A DNA stretch of 64,000 nt from Utricularia gibba (lineage: Eukaryota > Plantae > Magnoliophyta). The stretch lies in assembly GCA_002189035.1 (NCBI GenBank), contig NEEC01000004.1:4712001-4776000 (forward strand). The letters are read 5' to 3'. The position numbers and the translations under genes were made by a program. This document shows positions 11,632-24,243 of the stretch, piece by piece. Numbering within the stretch: the stretch's first letter is position 1; every line of letters starts with the position of its first letter. The notes under the pieces were generated by a model. That model was not told the DNA's origin and did no database searches. It saw only the letters and a list, made by a program, of their open reading frames with translations.

Positions 11632-13070
11632 GTTCAAGTGACCCAAATCTGCTGTAAAACTATGATGAGAAAACTACAAAAATGAAATGGCAACACGGTG
11701 GTTATATGCAGAATCAATGGCATTGAATGTTTGATTCTTGAAGATGAGCATCCTTGTATATTTCATTTGCATATCTCTCTTGAATCACCCAACAGGACGA
11801 GTACGTTTCAAACTTGGGGCTTCTGATCAGATTCGGAGAACTACCTCCCCTCAAAGACTCGAACTTCCAATGCTCTTGGTTCTCAGCAGATTCATTTTTG
11901 CAGCATGGCTATAAATTTGAGATGCACAGAGATCTTCACCAAGAACCACAAGATTCAGGCAGTGTGTCTGCTGAATAAGCCTAGTTTCGCCGATTCGCTG
12001 CACTCAGTCAGCGCCTTCACGATCTCCCACAGCGAATTACAAGTCCTGCTGTTCTCAATCGTCCCTTCTTCCCGTGAAAGCGAATTCCTCGTCACAAATC
12101 ATGGGATCGAGGAAACCTTCTTAACGGCCCCGTCCCCGGTCGGAGCTGGGCGCAGCCAAGCCAGGCATGAAAGTGGCACAGTACCAGCCCGTGTTCTACG
12201 CCGGAGGTAAGAACCGCACTCCAGACTAGTACAGCGTGTACTGGCCCACCCTGGGCTCAGGGGCGTCGTCTTAGAGCGGATGAGCTTATGTAGCAACCTT
12301 TATATGGGACGCAATCATTCCAACCCAATTCCAACATGGAGTCCAATCGCTCAATTATTTGAGCTGAGGGTGTTGGCTAGATGCATATGCCTCATGGCTG
12401 GTGAGAAGACGATGGAGCAGGACGAATTGGCCATCCTCTCAACAGCCTCTTCACAGGTGAAGAATCAATTTTTATCGAAGTTCCGCGCAGATAATTTCAA
12501 TTCAGACATGTGATGGCTGAGTTTATGATTGAAGTTTGATCTTCATATTCGTTCATTCTTCCGGTCATGGCTCCAATCCTGTATCTGTCCTGTATCTTCA
12601 TATTCGTTCGATCTTCAACTTGGTTGCCTGGGAATGGAGTGCGTTTGAGTGTGTTATTGCGTATTGAGTTTCCTAGAAACAAAAATTCTGTGCTTCATAT
12701 TGCAGGGACCAAACTTGGAACTGAAGCTTCAGGAGGAAACGAATGCCAGAGTAGCAGGAGAGTGCAAATGTTTTGGGGATGTTGCTTGCAGACTGTGTGA
12801 TTGTGCAACAGCTCAAGTCAAAAAGTGAGAACTACAACCAGTTTGTTTATTCATCAGCTTGCTGAGATAGAGTATCAAGTTACAGAGTTTGAAGCTGCTA
12901 TGACGATGCTTGGTAAATATGCCACCTTGTTGGGAGTAAAAGTGAACTCAATGCTTCACCTAAGTAGCTTTTCATGAATTACCACTACAGCATGCATGCT
13001 TCCTTCCTTGACAAGTCCTGGAATCAGATAGTTAGAGAAATATGTTATTCTCATCTTAGGAACTGCAAGG

Positions 13071-14111
13071 TCAAGGAGATCTTGTTTTGGGCCGGGAAGA
13101 AACTTGTGGGAAGCCAGGGATTGGTTGGAAGGGGAAAGGTGGGAGAGCAGGCTGTGGCATCACCGGAGCCGGAGTCAGGCTCGAAATGCCTCGCATGGGT
13201 GGAATTGGGATTCCCTGTGTGTTTACTTCACCCTCTGTTGCACCGGATGCTGTTTTTGCGGCTAGATCTTTTCCGGGTGGCGGCAGCAGCAACCCTGGGA
13301 GTGGGGGTAGGCGGGGGAGCTGAGGTAAAGGTGGAAACTCCGGCAGTGGGGGTAGGCGGGGTAGCGGCGGCAAAGACGGCAGCCCTGGAAGCGGAGGGAG
13401 GAGGCCACCCAAGAGCGACGGCGGTGGTGGGAATACAGCATGAGTTAACGGCGGCAAGGGTGGGAGCCCCGGCAGCGGAGGGAGGACGCCTCCTAAGAGC
13501 GATGGTGGTGACGGAAATGCAGCATGATCCTCTGTGGGTGCATTTTCAGTAGTCTGAGTGTCTTCAGGCTGATCAGTACTTGGCTTCTGATCACAAATTT
13601 CAGGCCGTTCCACCGGCTTGAATATGAAGAAACCAATGGAGAAAACACGAGTCCCTTGCTCTTTCCACTTGAGGTGCAGGCCTGATGACTCTGCTGCAGA
13701 AGCCACAGCACAGTGCGGCTCATTGATCCTGATGAGCACCACAGAACAGTTCCTGATTCTGTTCAAATGTTTGCCGATGGATGGAGGCAGGTGGACTCTG
13801 AATTCTCCATGCCTGTTTGTTTTCACTTGCTGCCTGAAACTCAAGCGTGAAGTCACATCCTTGCATCTCACCTCAACTGATGCACCTACACCGCAAACAT
13901 GTCAGCTGAGCGCTGCAAGTGCCCGAGATCAAGGAAAAGAAAGTGTTGAACCTGCAATGAAATGGCTGGTTGTGTGGAAATTCTCTAGAGGGCAAGTGTC
14001 ACAGTATATGTTGCCGGTAACGATAGCAGAATGCTGCAGGTGATGTCGACCGCATTCCGAGGAATCAATACCCATGAATGCAGCCAGCACCAGTACCCAA
14101 ACCCAAGTCAT
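13071..14111 (-). CDS. Pollen Ole e 1 allergen / extensin-like proline-rich protein, 2 exons
   Basis: Signal peptide MTWVWVLVLAAFMGIDS and Ole e 1 motifs VTGNIYCDTC...FIAG|ASVEVRC...KTNRHGEFRVHLP...CSVVLI.....PHC. Intron 13886-13951. Pro/Leu-rich C-terminal tail. Confidence 0.88.
13359..13526 (-). repeat. 2 x 84-nt internal tandem duplication in the Ole e 1 protein tail
   Basis: HAAFPSPPSLLGGVLPPLPGLPPLPPLT followed by HAVFPPPPSLLGGLLPPLPGLPSLPPLP. Confidence 0.8.
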
Positions 14112-14643
14112 GGTGATTCTTGAGATGTCAAAACCAGCAACAGCAACTTGCATGCACCTGATGGAAGCAAGGACTGCAATATATATCCACACTGGAAAAG
14201 GGGAAGGAGGCGTTAATGCAAATCATGGGGAGCAACCAAGAAAACAGCTAATCTTCAGGTGAAAAAAGTAAATGGGAAGAGAGCAGTGAATGGAGGAGTT
14301 CCTTGCTGATTACCCACCACCCACTTGCGGTTGAGGGGCAGTTGAAATCAGGTGGCCCACGAGATCGCCATTGATGCTTCAATGCTCATGTTGCTACCTT
14401 TCTCCTTTTGGCTCCATAAAAGATTGCCAAAGAATGTTGGAAATTAACTATCAAACCAACTTCTCCAACATGAAATAATGAAGCCTTTTCAAAAGGCAAT
14501 GTGTAGGTACAATACAGAAGCCACCCAAATTCCATTTCAGTTCCAAATTCAGAGATTCCATGGACTAACAAGTGCCAAATAATCGGTCAATAGGTTAACC
14601 AACTCAATTTCGTTTTGAAAAACAAAGCATCTGCAGTTCATAT

Positions 14644-17600
14644 TTACTCATAGAATGCTAAAAGCTGCTTAACGTGATTTTGCCATGCAGAAACATTCTC
14701 TCCGTCGACAGAAACCCAATCCACCACGGTTGATGCAGGCTGCTCCCACCATTCATCAAGCTACAGGGAATAAGCATGCTTGTGTTAGCCAAGCCATGGA
14801 AGCCAAGTTGATGCTTTAAGATGTAGCTATGCTAAAGGTATTCTTGAATATTTGTGCTTAACGAAGTACTAGAGCTTATCGAAAAAATGTTTTGGATGAA
14901 AGCATACAAAATCACATTGATACAAGACTACAGTTTTGAGTATCTGGTAACTACTCACCAAGCCTCTGACATATTCACAATCTCCGAGGCATTTCTGGGC
15001 ACTCAGAATGGCGTTGCTCAGTTCGGGGATCCATTTCTCAGTGACTGTTTTCTCTTGTTCAGAGGAGACATTCAGACAGTAGACTGTCATCCTACAAAAG
15101 GGCCATGTTTCAAAAGGTAAACCATTTCCCCAAAGAGAGGACCAGATCAAGAGCATTGTAGCAGAGTTAAACACGCAATACGACAGGTTAGCCAGAAAAC
15201 AAAATCCAAACTAAACTCAGTGGTAATACAGCTGATCAATCATACCGGTCATACTCTTGTAGCACACGGTGGGCATGATTTAGCAAGGAATGACCACTCT
15301 CAACAAGATCTCTTCGTACATGAACAAGATTGATAGCATTAGCTAAGTCTTCCAGTAGATTAGCCTCAGAACCACGAAGTTTCAAACAGAACTCCATGGC
15401 CTCTAGGACTGAGGCTAAACCAGAATCAGTGCCATCTATGCCTGCACATATGAAAGATGCGTTTGTTCATCATCTTGTAACATGGATCCGCTACAGATAT
15501 TTGACAATAACATTGCTCACCATGTTTTACCCACTTAAAAAAACATCACAGGCTTTCATGTAAATATAATATTACCCGAAGGATACTGAAGTGCTGCAGA
15601 AATGCGACATATTGAAGGAATGGCAGAAGGATCTCTCGCCCCAGCTCTAGCTGTCAGAACAGCGGCACTCCTCTCTGCAGAGGCAACTGCTTCAGGTCCA
15701 GCAGACCCATTTGTACCCATTGACTCCAAGAGTGCCTAGAAGTACGCAGTCGCAATGGAAACCAATAAGAGCATCGGCTTTATCATTTAAATGAATTTGG
15801 TAAAGCAAAAGAATCAGTTAATGCAGTCTGCAGTACAGAAGAATAGCAGACAGCAGAATAAACCAGCCAACGAACCTGAGAAGTAGATGGGAGCATATAG
15901 AGGCTACTATCAGGAACTTCATAGAAGGTAGAGACTTCTTTGTCAATGAGATCTCGTGCATTTTCAGCCAGATCTATCACAGCATTACAAGCAGGAATTA
16001 TGGTACTCGATGCAAAATCCCTTGCTGCCAGTGGCTGCTGACTCCAAAAATAAGAAGCATCCTACAATCAAAGAAGCATAGATGAAAATTTAGTTAGCTA
16101 GTGAGCATTGATGAGGTTGACTAAATCATCAATTTATCATTAGAACAATATCAGACTCATCTTTTATCTGAATTTTCAGAATCAAACAAAATAAATACAG
16201 TATGTTTTTCCCTTCATTCATGCAAAGACTGTGTATAGGAATTGTTTCAAATGATATCTTACCATATTTGCTTTTAATAGAGCATTGTAAATGGATTCCA
16301 ACTCAGATCTCCGAGCGTCAAACTCTTCAATCTTCTTCCACTTCTTTCTAAGAACATTCTCAGCCTCTTTCCTCTCAGCACATAATTTATTCAGGCGATG
16401 TACTTCTGAGATCAGTGTATTCAGGCCAGCACGCAGTCCAGCAGCTTCTCTCTCCTTCGACCAAACTTCTAGCTACAAGAGTAAGTGGAAAGCTATCAGA
16501 GACAGAATCGTGTATTGTGAAAGGTTGCTGCTTGCAAGCACTCACAGATAAATAAAATTTCAAACTCAAAAAGTAAGGACAGAAAAAGGAGCGAAATTTC
16601 GAAAGTAGGATAAACAAAAAATAGGTCCCTACCTCAAGTTGCCTAAGGCTGCTCATATTCTGCGATGTTCCAGCGAGGGGGTGTGAGGGAACTGCATCAC
16701 TAATTCCATGAAGACGGCTTAAGAGAAGTTCACTCATCTTTCTGGCTTCTGAAGCCTTGTTCAAAGAATCTTCAGTAGCCAAAAACTGCTGCACGTGTGC
16801 TTTCTGTAGGGAAAGCATTTCAATACATCATATGGAATTGGTAGAACATGGATAATAACAAGAAAATAAAAGAGGGTTCCAAAGGGGGATACATCACTGA
16901 ATTCCCATTGCTAAAAGCAGCTGATTAATATGAAAAAATAAACTGACGAACAATAACGGTCAGTGAACACTAAGGACTTCTGCCAGTACGAAAATCACAT
17001 AGCTACATCACAATGGACTACCTGTCTCTCCAAAAGCTGGTACTCGGTACCCCTTGAGTGTGCATCGCCTCCAAGTTTTCCATTACCATATAAATGATAG
17101 TGCAGTGGTGAGCTCATGTCAGTGGAAGACGTCTCAATTATTGAGTCATTCTCATATTTGTACCTTCGAGTAAAAGAATATACAAGAAAACGAAAAAAAG
17201 TAAGCATACACATAATTTAAGCAGCATGCGGAAACACATTATGGTTAACAACATAATATTTCAACAAATATCTTAGCAGCGGAAATAGGAACCATATGGT
17301 AGTGGTTAATGCTCACACCTTAAAGCCTCAGCATCAGCTCTGACATCAGTTTTTTCTATTTCCCTTGTGATCAGATTTTTCAACTGGTGTGAATACGATA
17401 TCATGGCTTGCAGCAGCTGAGGAGGATTTTTCAGAGAATCTTCTATTATGCTCTTCATATCTCTTTGTAAGTCCCCCTCTATATCAATTCCCAGTTTTGC
17501 TGCTTCTAGATTTGGATTCTCATGTATCGCCGTTCCTTCATAAGCTGGAAAAACGCTACGTATTCTTTCAGACATCTGCACAGCAAGAAATTCACAGAGC

Positions 17601-18478
17601 TTCCGGATGCTCCTTTCCGTTGTTGTCTCAAAAACAATCACATTGTCAGATTTTCCCCCCTTTGTTCCCGAAGAATAGCCCTCATCATTTCCACGAAAGC
17701 TGGTCACCATTTCTCCAGATGACTCACTGCTAGACCGCTGGGAGTTTTTTACCATGTTCACATAATGCAGGAGGCGTTTATGATACTCAGCGAAAATTTT
17801 TGCTGCCTCATCACACTGCCGGCCGTAAGCCTCAAGCATCACCTGCTTGTGCCTGCACAAAAAGATCACTCCGTCCAAAACAATCAAGACAATGCAGCAT
17901 TGTTTAATACATCCAGCATTTACCCAAAACAAGAAGCCAAAGTTGGTAACTGCCACCAAAAAGATAGCAAACAAAACCACTGAGAAAGAATCAGTCACTA
18001 ACCTGTAATTTGAACGCTCGTCGAGCATACGTTTTCGTTCAGCTTCTTCTCTCGACAACTCAACCATCCTAGTTTTCAGATCCTTGCGCTGCCGCCTTAC
18101 CATTTGCCTCAATCTCTCCACTTCCTTCTCTGCTGATTCCCTCTCCTGCAAAGCCATCTCCCTCGTACTAGCGCTCCCACTATCCTCCTCCAACGCCCCC
18201 AATTTCTCCTTCCTCCTTCCCTTGACGATATCATCCGCTCCATGAACCAGAATGTTTCTCCGAATGATCTCCACCGTCTTCTCTGATTTCACTCTCGTTA
18301 ACAGAAAATTCCACACGGGGATCATGTTCCCACGGCAAATCTTCCTGAAAGATTCCGCAGTTGGCACCACTGCCTTAGAGGAAGATGCATGAGGACCCAG
18401 TGGTCTGTACCCCATTTCCTTCTGCAGCCATTCCAATATCGCCTCCGGCTGCGCCATCGCGCCCGATGAACTCTGCAT
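14644..18478 (-). CDS. AUG5: AUGMIN subunit 5 (HAUS5), about 10 exons
   Basis: N-terminus [15 protein letters not shown]...[21 protein letters not shown] and C-terminus [38 protein letters not shown]. The exons traced are phase-compatible. Confidence 0.93.
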
Positions 18479-19411
18479 TGCCGATAGAACCCACTAGGGT
18501 TTCGGCAGTGGGTCTTCACGGAACCTCAGTTTCCACAACGAACACCACCCATTTCACCTGAAAACTGGTTAAATAGAATGGCGCATCTGGATCCCTCAGT
18601 TTGCCGATTGATCCACCGAGCCACTGCGTTTCAAATCAAAAAACAGGTCCCGCGCTTAAACCAGATATCACTCATCTCAGTGGGAAGATGCTTTGCCCAA
18701 CGGAAAGAGAGATTAGATACTAATCTTCGACTAAGATGAGTTGCACAGTTGCTTTCCTTGTCATCACCAAATAATTTTGGTGTCGTCTACTAATCAGTGA
18801 TATCCTTGTCACCGCTTTACCAAGAAATGGAGAAGAATATCTGATCACCGTCTTCTCAAAACCCGTCTACGTATGTATATATTCCTGATAAGTCATAGGC
18901 GTTACTGTAATCCTTACGATTATTGATCGAGTGCTGTTACCACCGGATTCTCCGGCGCCTTATACCTTGCACGCACCCACTTTTCCTCTTCTTTCTTCCA
19001 TCTCCATGCTCTCGCAAACTAATCCAATTTGACTTCTGAGTCGTTTCTTGCGCCGAATCCTGGATTACAATTAGTGACTGCGGCGGACTGTGTTATTCGT
19101 CTTGTTTGATAGATGAGCGGAGAGGGTTCTTGATTCTTCTGCTGTAGCACTGTTCTTTGATATCGCGAACCTATTCCACAGTGAAAAGGTGAAATCTTGG
19201 TGGCCTCAAGGTATGATTATATTTCGAATTGATTCAGTATTGTGTAAGAATGCTTCTGGGAGTTGATTGTTGAATCTGAATCGAAAAGTTTTATCTCAGG
19301 ATACTCTTCAAACCCCAGACTTTTTCCCATTGCTGGTTACACTGTACATTAAGCTGAAGTTATGATCGGATAGGAGGTGTTGTCTACATTGCTTTGCATA
19401 CTAGCGAATCC

Positions 19412-20680
19412 ATGGGTGCTACTTGTTGCTGTCTGAGGGATGACTTTGATGATATTTCCAATCCTACTTGCCCTACATGTTTGGATTGTTTATGCCTTGA
19501 TTACATCGCCCACAATGCCTTTCGCATGGTATGATTCGATTCACTCGATGATTGAGTTTTCTTGCTGGGTGTTTCTGGAAGCTGTTACTCCATTCCCTGT
19601 CATTCTTCTTTCTCCTAACCAGTAAATTCTTTTCTATTTTGTGACTGCATCAAAACTGATCTTCATGCTTATGGAGTTCTTTTTGGGACATTAAAAGCAC
19701 ATTATCCCATATATATATTTGTCAAAAACTCTTGTTCGAAGAGTGGGATTTGCATAAAACTAAAGATTGTCTCATGGGAAAAGCGTTTAACTAGTAGGAT
19801 CATTGCTCCTCAGTTAAGGGATATGTCCATTTTGAGGGCTATATTTCTGTTGTTTCGGTTGTTCTTTGGCATTATCATCTGTTGTGCGATGTCGTCATGC
19901 TCATATTAACTGCATTCTGCAGTATGCCTCTCTTTTTGGACGGGGAGACCGTGCATTGCCTTCTTCACCTCAGAGGGTGGCTTCTTCCAATGATAGCTCT
20001 CTAGAAAATATGTTTCGTTCTCCTCCAAGACCCCTGCCATATGATGCAGATCCAGTATATTACCGGATACAGCGCGATGGACTAGTTTCCAGGAGGGATA
20101 AAGGATCTAGTCACTCAAACGAAGAGTCTGAACCACTGAGAGCATGTGAAGACACTGAAGACTCTGAATCTTTTGTCACAAAGAACAAATGGGTTGAGAA
20201 CACAGGATTTGATGAAATGGATCCAAAAACATCATTGAAGCTCTCAGCATCCAAATCTGCAGTAGGCTTTGCTCATATTCATACGTTGTCTGAAGATGAA
20301 GATGTCTGCCCTACATGCCTTGAAGGTAACAACAATACAAAGATCTGGACTAGTTCTGCTGTCTGCCATTGATATGCAGTGTACAATCAGTATAATCTAC
20401 AGAAGGTTGTTTTTTAAAAGCATTGTGAGTTTATTGCTGTCTCTCTTTTTGATGCAGAATATACCATAGAAGACCCTAAAATTGTTACAAAGTGTTCTCA
20501 TCACTTCCACCTTGGTTGTATATATGAGTGGATGGAGAGAAGTGACAACTGCCCTGTCTGTGGCAAGGTATGATCTTGGCTTTGTTGCAACATTTTTTCC
20601 TTCATACAGCCTATGAAATGATTTCATAGTCTAATGTTCTTGTTCCTGTGTAGGTGATGGCGTTCAGCGAGACACCATGA
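19412..20680 (+). CDS. RING-H2 E3 ubiquitin ligase with N-terminal MG/CCC lipidation-like motif, 4 coding exons
   Basis: MGATCCCLR..., FRSPPRPLPYDADP, GLVSRRDKGSSHS and EDEDVCPTCLE|EY...PKIVTKCSHHFHLGCIYEWMERSDNCPVCGK. Confidence 0.92.
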
Positions 20681-21392
20681 TAAGTCATTGTGCACAGTTT
20701 ATCAGCATTTGATGACTTTATGCTCATCCTTGTGACATAAGAATATTCAATTTTTATACCCACAACCAATAGTGAGAATCATGCCAATGTTATCTGCAGA
20801 AAATTAGACTAAATCTTGTGTGCTGGCAGGAAAGCAAAGCATCTGAGAGTAACCTTCAATTTAGAAGAAGTGTTTGCTCACAGCTAAAGACTCAGCAGAC
20901 AGAAAACAACCGTTCCTGCTGACAAAACATCATTTAGGCAACATACCGGAATCTTCTTCAGCACTATGCCATTCATTCGTCAGAAGATAATTCAACAGCT
21001 GAAGTTCACACCCTGCACATCCAAAGTACTCAAAAGGTAGCAGTTTTACCTGAATGAATCTATGCATTCATTCAGGTGCGTATCCGATGTGGAAAACCAT
21101 CGGTCTCCTTATTTATCTTATAGCAGTTAACCGTTAAAATTAAAAGTAATGAACTCAAAGTTCATATGCAGTTAACAATGGCAGGTAGATTAGCATGATC
21201 TAATTCTCGTGGCAGTTACATCCAACACTATCATCTCAACAACGTAGGCACCACTTTACATGAACATTAAACTAAAAGAATACATAGAATCACAGGCAGT
21301 AAGCAAGCAAGCAGGAGCAGCAATGTGGTTATTCAGAAAGAGAAACTAAGGTGTCATCTGGGTAGAATGCGCTTCTGGTTTCAGTACTTGTT

Positions 21393-23410
21393 TTAAAAAC
21401 CTGTCAATGGGGTTAGTGTCGCTGCAAGAATGGTGAGCAGTAACACAAGCAATGGAGCGTTTTGATGATGGCGTCGACTGCTGTTTGGAAGAAACGGGTA
21501 TGCATCCGGAGGTGGCATAACGCAGTTGTCACCATTGAAATAGATTCGTCTCGGAAACGCCCAACCCTTCTCAAAAGTGAAAGTTGACTTTTCTTTCCTG
21601 AATAAAAACTCTGACTGCACATTTCCAAAAGGACCAGCTTGCATAAGGAAATCATTGTAGAATTTGACACCCCATAGCATAGCAGTATCATCTGTCAAAC
21701 CCACAACAAAGTAAGAAACCTTAAGAGTCACACAAGGTGCAGGAGGAGAAGGGAGTCAGCTAGCTCACTTATATTTTGGTAAGGAGTTAAAGGCTTGTAG
21801 TTGAAGCTGAATGACTGCGTCAGGTTGTCGAAGTTTGGATGCTGGATGACTAAGTTCCACTGTGTGTAATTCATCCGATAATTGAAATTTGTTATAGTGA
21901 CCTTTACTCGCCAGTATTCCTTGTAGTTTTGCTTCACATGCCAATGGACCCGGATAGGGCACATATGGCTGGTGCATTGGACTAAAGGTGCTAAGTTGCC
22001 AACACTCTTAGCACTTCCTGACACAACCGAAGCTAAATGATTCGATTTCGGGCTGCAGAAAGGATATCAATAAAGAATGATTACCAAGTGAGCAGAACCA
22101 ACACAATGGGGTGAGGAAAAAATTGGTGACACACTTACTCCACACAGCTTCCAGGTTGGGTGATATTATTTCGACATCCACATGTGCAAGCTGGGCAAGG
22201 GACAATTGTATTGTTGTAGAAAGCTGAGAGTGAAACACAGCAGGTAGGTGTTTTTTGGGCCAAAAACTGCGAATATGTGCAGGTAACATTCCAAGTCACT
22301 GCAACCACAGAAACATTAGGAATGAATCAAGTCTGTTAAATAGAAACTATCAGAGCATATAAACAACTTACTCATGGCTTGAGTCACTCTCCTTCCATCC
22401 TGGGTAAAAAATTTAGTTGGCTTCACTATTTTGGCAGGTCCACAAGTGTAGCCAGGGCCAGGTGCTTTCAAAGTGAAGTTCCTGGGAAGCTTTACCGTCT
22501 TGTTTGTGGTTCCAGAAGCACCAACACTAACTTGGAAGGAGCTTGCTGCATTTGCAGGATCTTGCACCCAAGAATTAATCACCCTCCTTTACAGCAATTT
22601 GCAATTTGCTGGTTGTAAGGAGTTCCAGGTAACAAGTCTATGACCGTAGGATCTTTCCTGCAACAATGTGGAATGTTTCCTTTGAATCTGGAGCAATCCC
22701 CCTGGTCTGTAGTTTGACCACCCATCATACTCCATATCACCTCCTTCTTTGCCCAAGTCCACCCCAATGTCCACCCTGGTGCTTGAATATGACGATACTG
22801 TTGGAAGTTGAATATCGTGACAACAGCCTGACATTGAACACAACACAATTGGGCATAAACAAGTGATTTTCACGATGGGCTCCATATAGCAAGAATCACT
22901 TGTGTACTTACCACATAACCATCAGCAGTCCAACTGATCACATCCCATTTTATGGTAATATTTCCATTAGGATCAAGAGCATCATATGCTTCTGCAATGG
23001 AAAGAAGCAAGCTGAAACTTAGAATCTTGACACATGAAAGCACAACAATGGTATTCAGAAAAACAAAACAACCTGCGAAACAACACTTTTGATTACCAAA
23101 AACGTCAGCCTACACATATTAAGCAAATTCTCATACGACGTTCTAAAATTGTACACCCCAAACGCCATTCTTAAAAGAGAAAAGCTGCTAAAACAAGAAC
23201 AAATACGACGAAGCTCAATACCCCATAAAACCCACAAAAGCCCGCGCAAAAAATCGTCACTGGTAACCCAAACAACAGAATGCAATCACTCACAACCGGA
23301 AATGAAAAGAAAAAAAAAAGGCAATTACCAGTGGTAGTGAAACTGACGCAAGAGAGCAAGAAAAACAGCAGCGCTGCGAATCCCATCAGGGATCTGAAAC
23401 TCCGCGTCAT
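21393..23410 (-). CDS. COB: COBRA GPI-anchored protein; apparent 1-nt frameshift at 22582-22584
   Basis: Signal peptide, EAYDALDPNGNITIKWDV, HCCRKDPTVIDLLPG...ANCCKGG, CTSHMCPIRVHWHVKQNYKEYWRVK, GWAFPRRIYFNGDNCVMPPPDAYP and a hydrophobic GPI signal. Confidence 0.92.
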
Positions 23411-24243
23411 TACTCCCAGCTGCAGATCACTCTTCGACACAAGATCCGCACCTGGCAGACGGAAACAAACCCGAACGACGCCCAGTTTGCCTTCAAACCT
23501 TCTCCCTCACTTCTCTCCCTTTTACGGTTTTACCTTCACATTTACGGCTACTTCATGATCAGCTGTGATCCAGATTCATTACCATTTACAAACTAATTCT
23601 AACACACGTCATTAACGTCTATTAATCTCACCGTGATTATGATTAGTGAAATAATCCGATGTCATTATTAGCTAAAGTGTTTAAGACAAGAAATTTAATT
23701 ACTAAAATTAAAAAAAAAACTGTTAAAAAGAGAAATAACCCAAGCCCAATCCAACATGGACGACCGGCCCGGCGCGAAAACGTCTCAAATAATAAATTAA
23801 TTGGTATATTATTTATTTCTTTTGTTTTTACATTTTAGTAAAACGGGAAAAAAGTGACTAAAATTTACCCCCCGGTAAAAAAAAGGACCGAAAGCGCACA
23901 CATTTGTACTGCTCGACTCCAATGCATTTTACTGTTCCATCAAAATAGCATCCTGTGAAGTTAATTTTAGTCTTCTCCTATGCTATGCTGATCACGAAAC
24001 GAAAATCCCCTGAAGTTGACTTTTGTTTGTGGCTGCTAATTGTAAGAGCATTGTGTAGACAAACGTCGTTGTAGTTCTTTGGATGTGGTGACCTTTATCT
24101 ATGGAGTAGTTGGGATACCCGGAGATTCTCTTGTCTATGATTCGCTTATTGCAAGATTGAAAAAATTGACCCCCTTGAAAATTGTGCATGTGGGTTGGGT
24201 ATTTTATCGAGTTTTTTAGGTTCTTTGAGAATTATCTGTGTTA

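Noticed and set aside
13087-14043. Several + strand ORFs (12974-13552, 13087-13323, 13618-14043)
   Set aside because: Antisense shadows of the Ole e 1/extensin-like gene.
18780-18860. Possible C/D-box snoRNA (AGTGATA...CTGA) between AUG5 and RING
   Set aside because: Box C is imperfect and I could not identify an rRNA antisense guide; this needs snoscan or Rfam.
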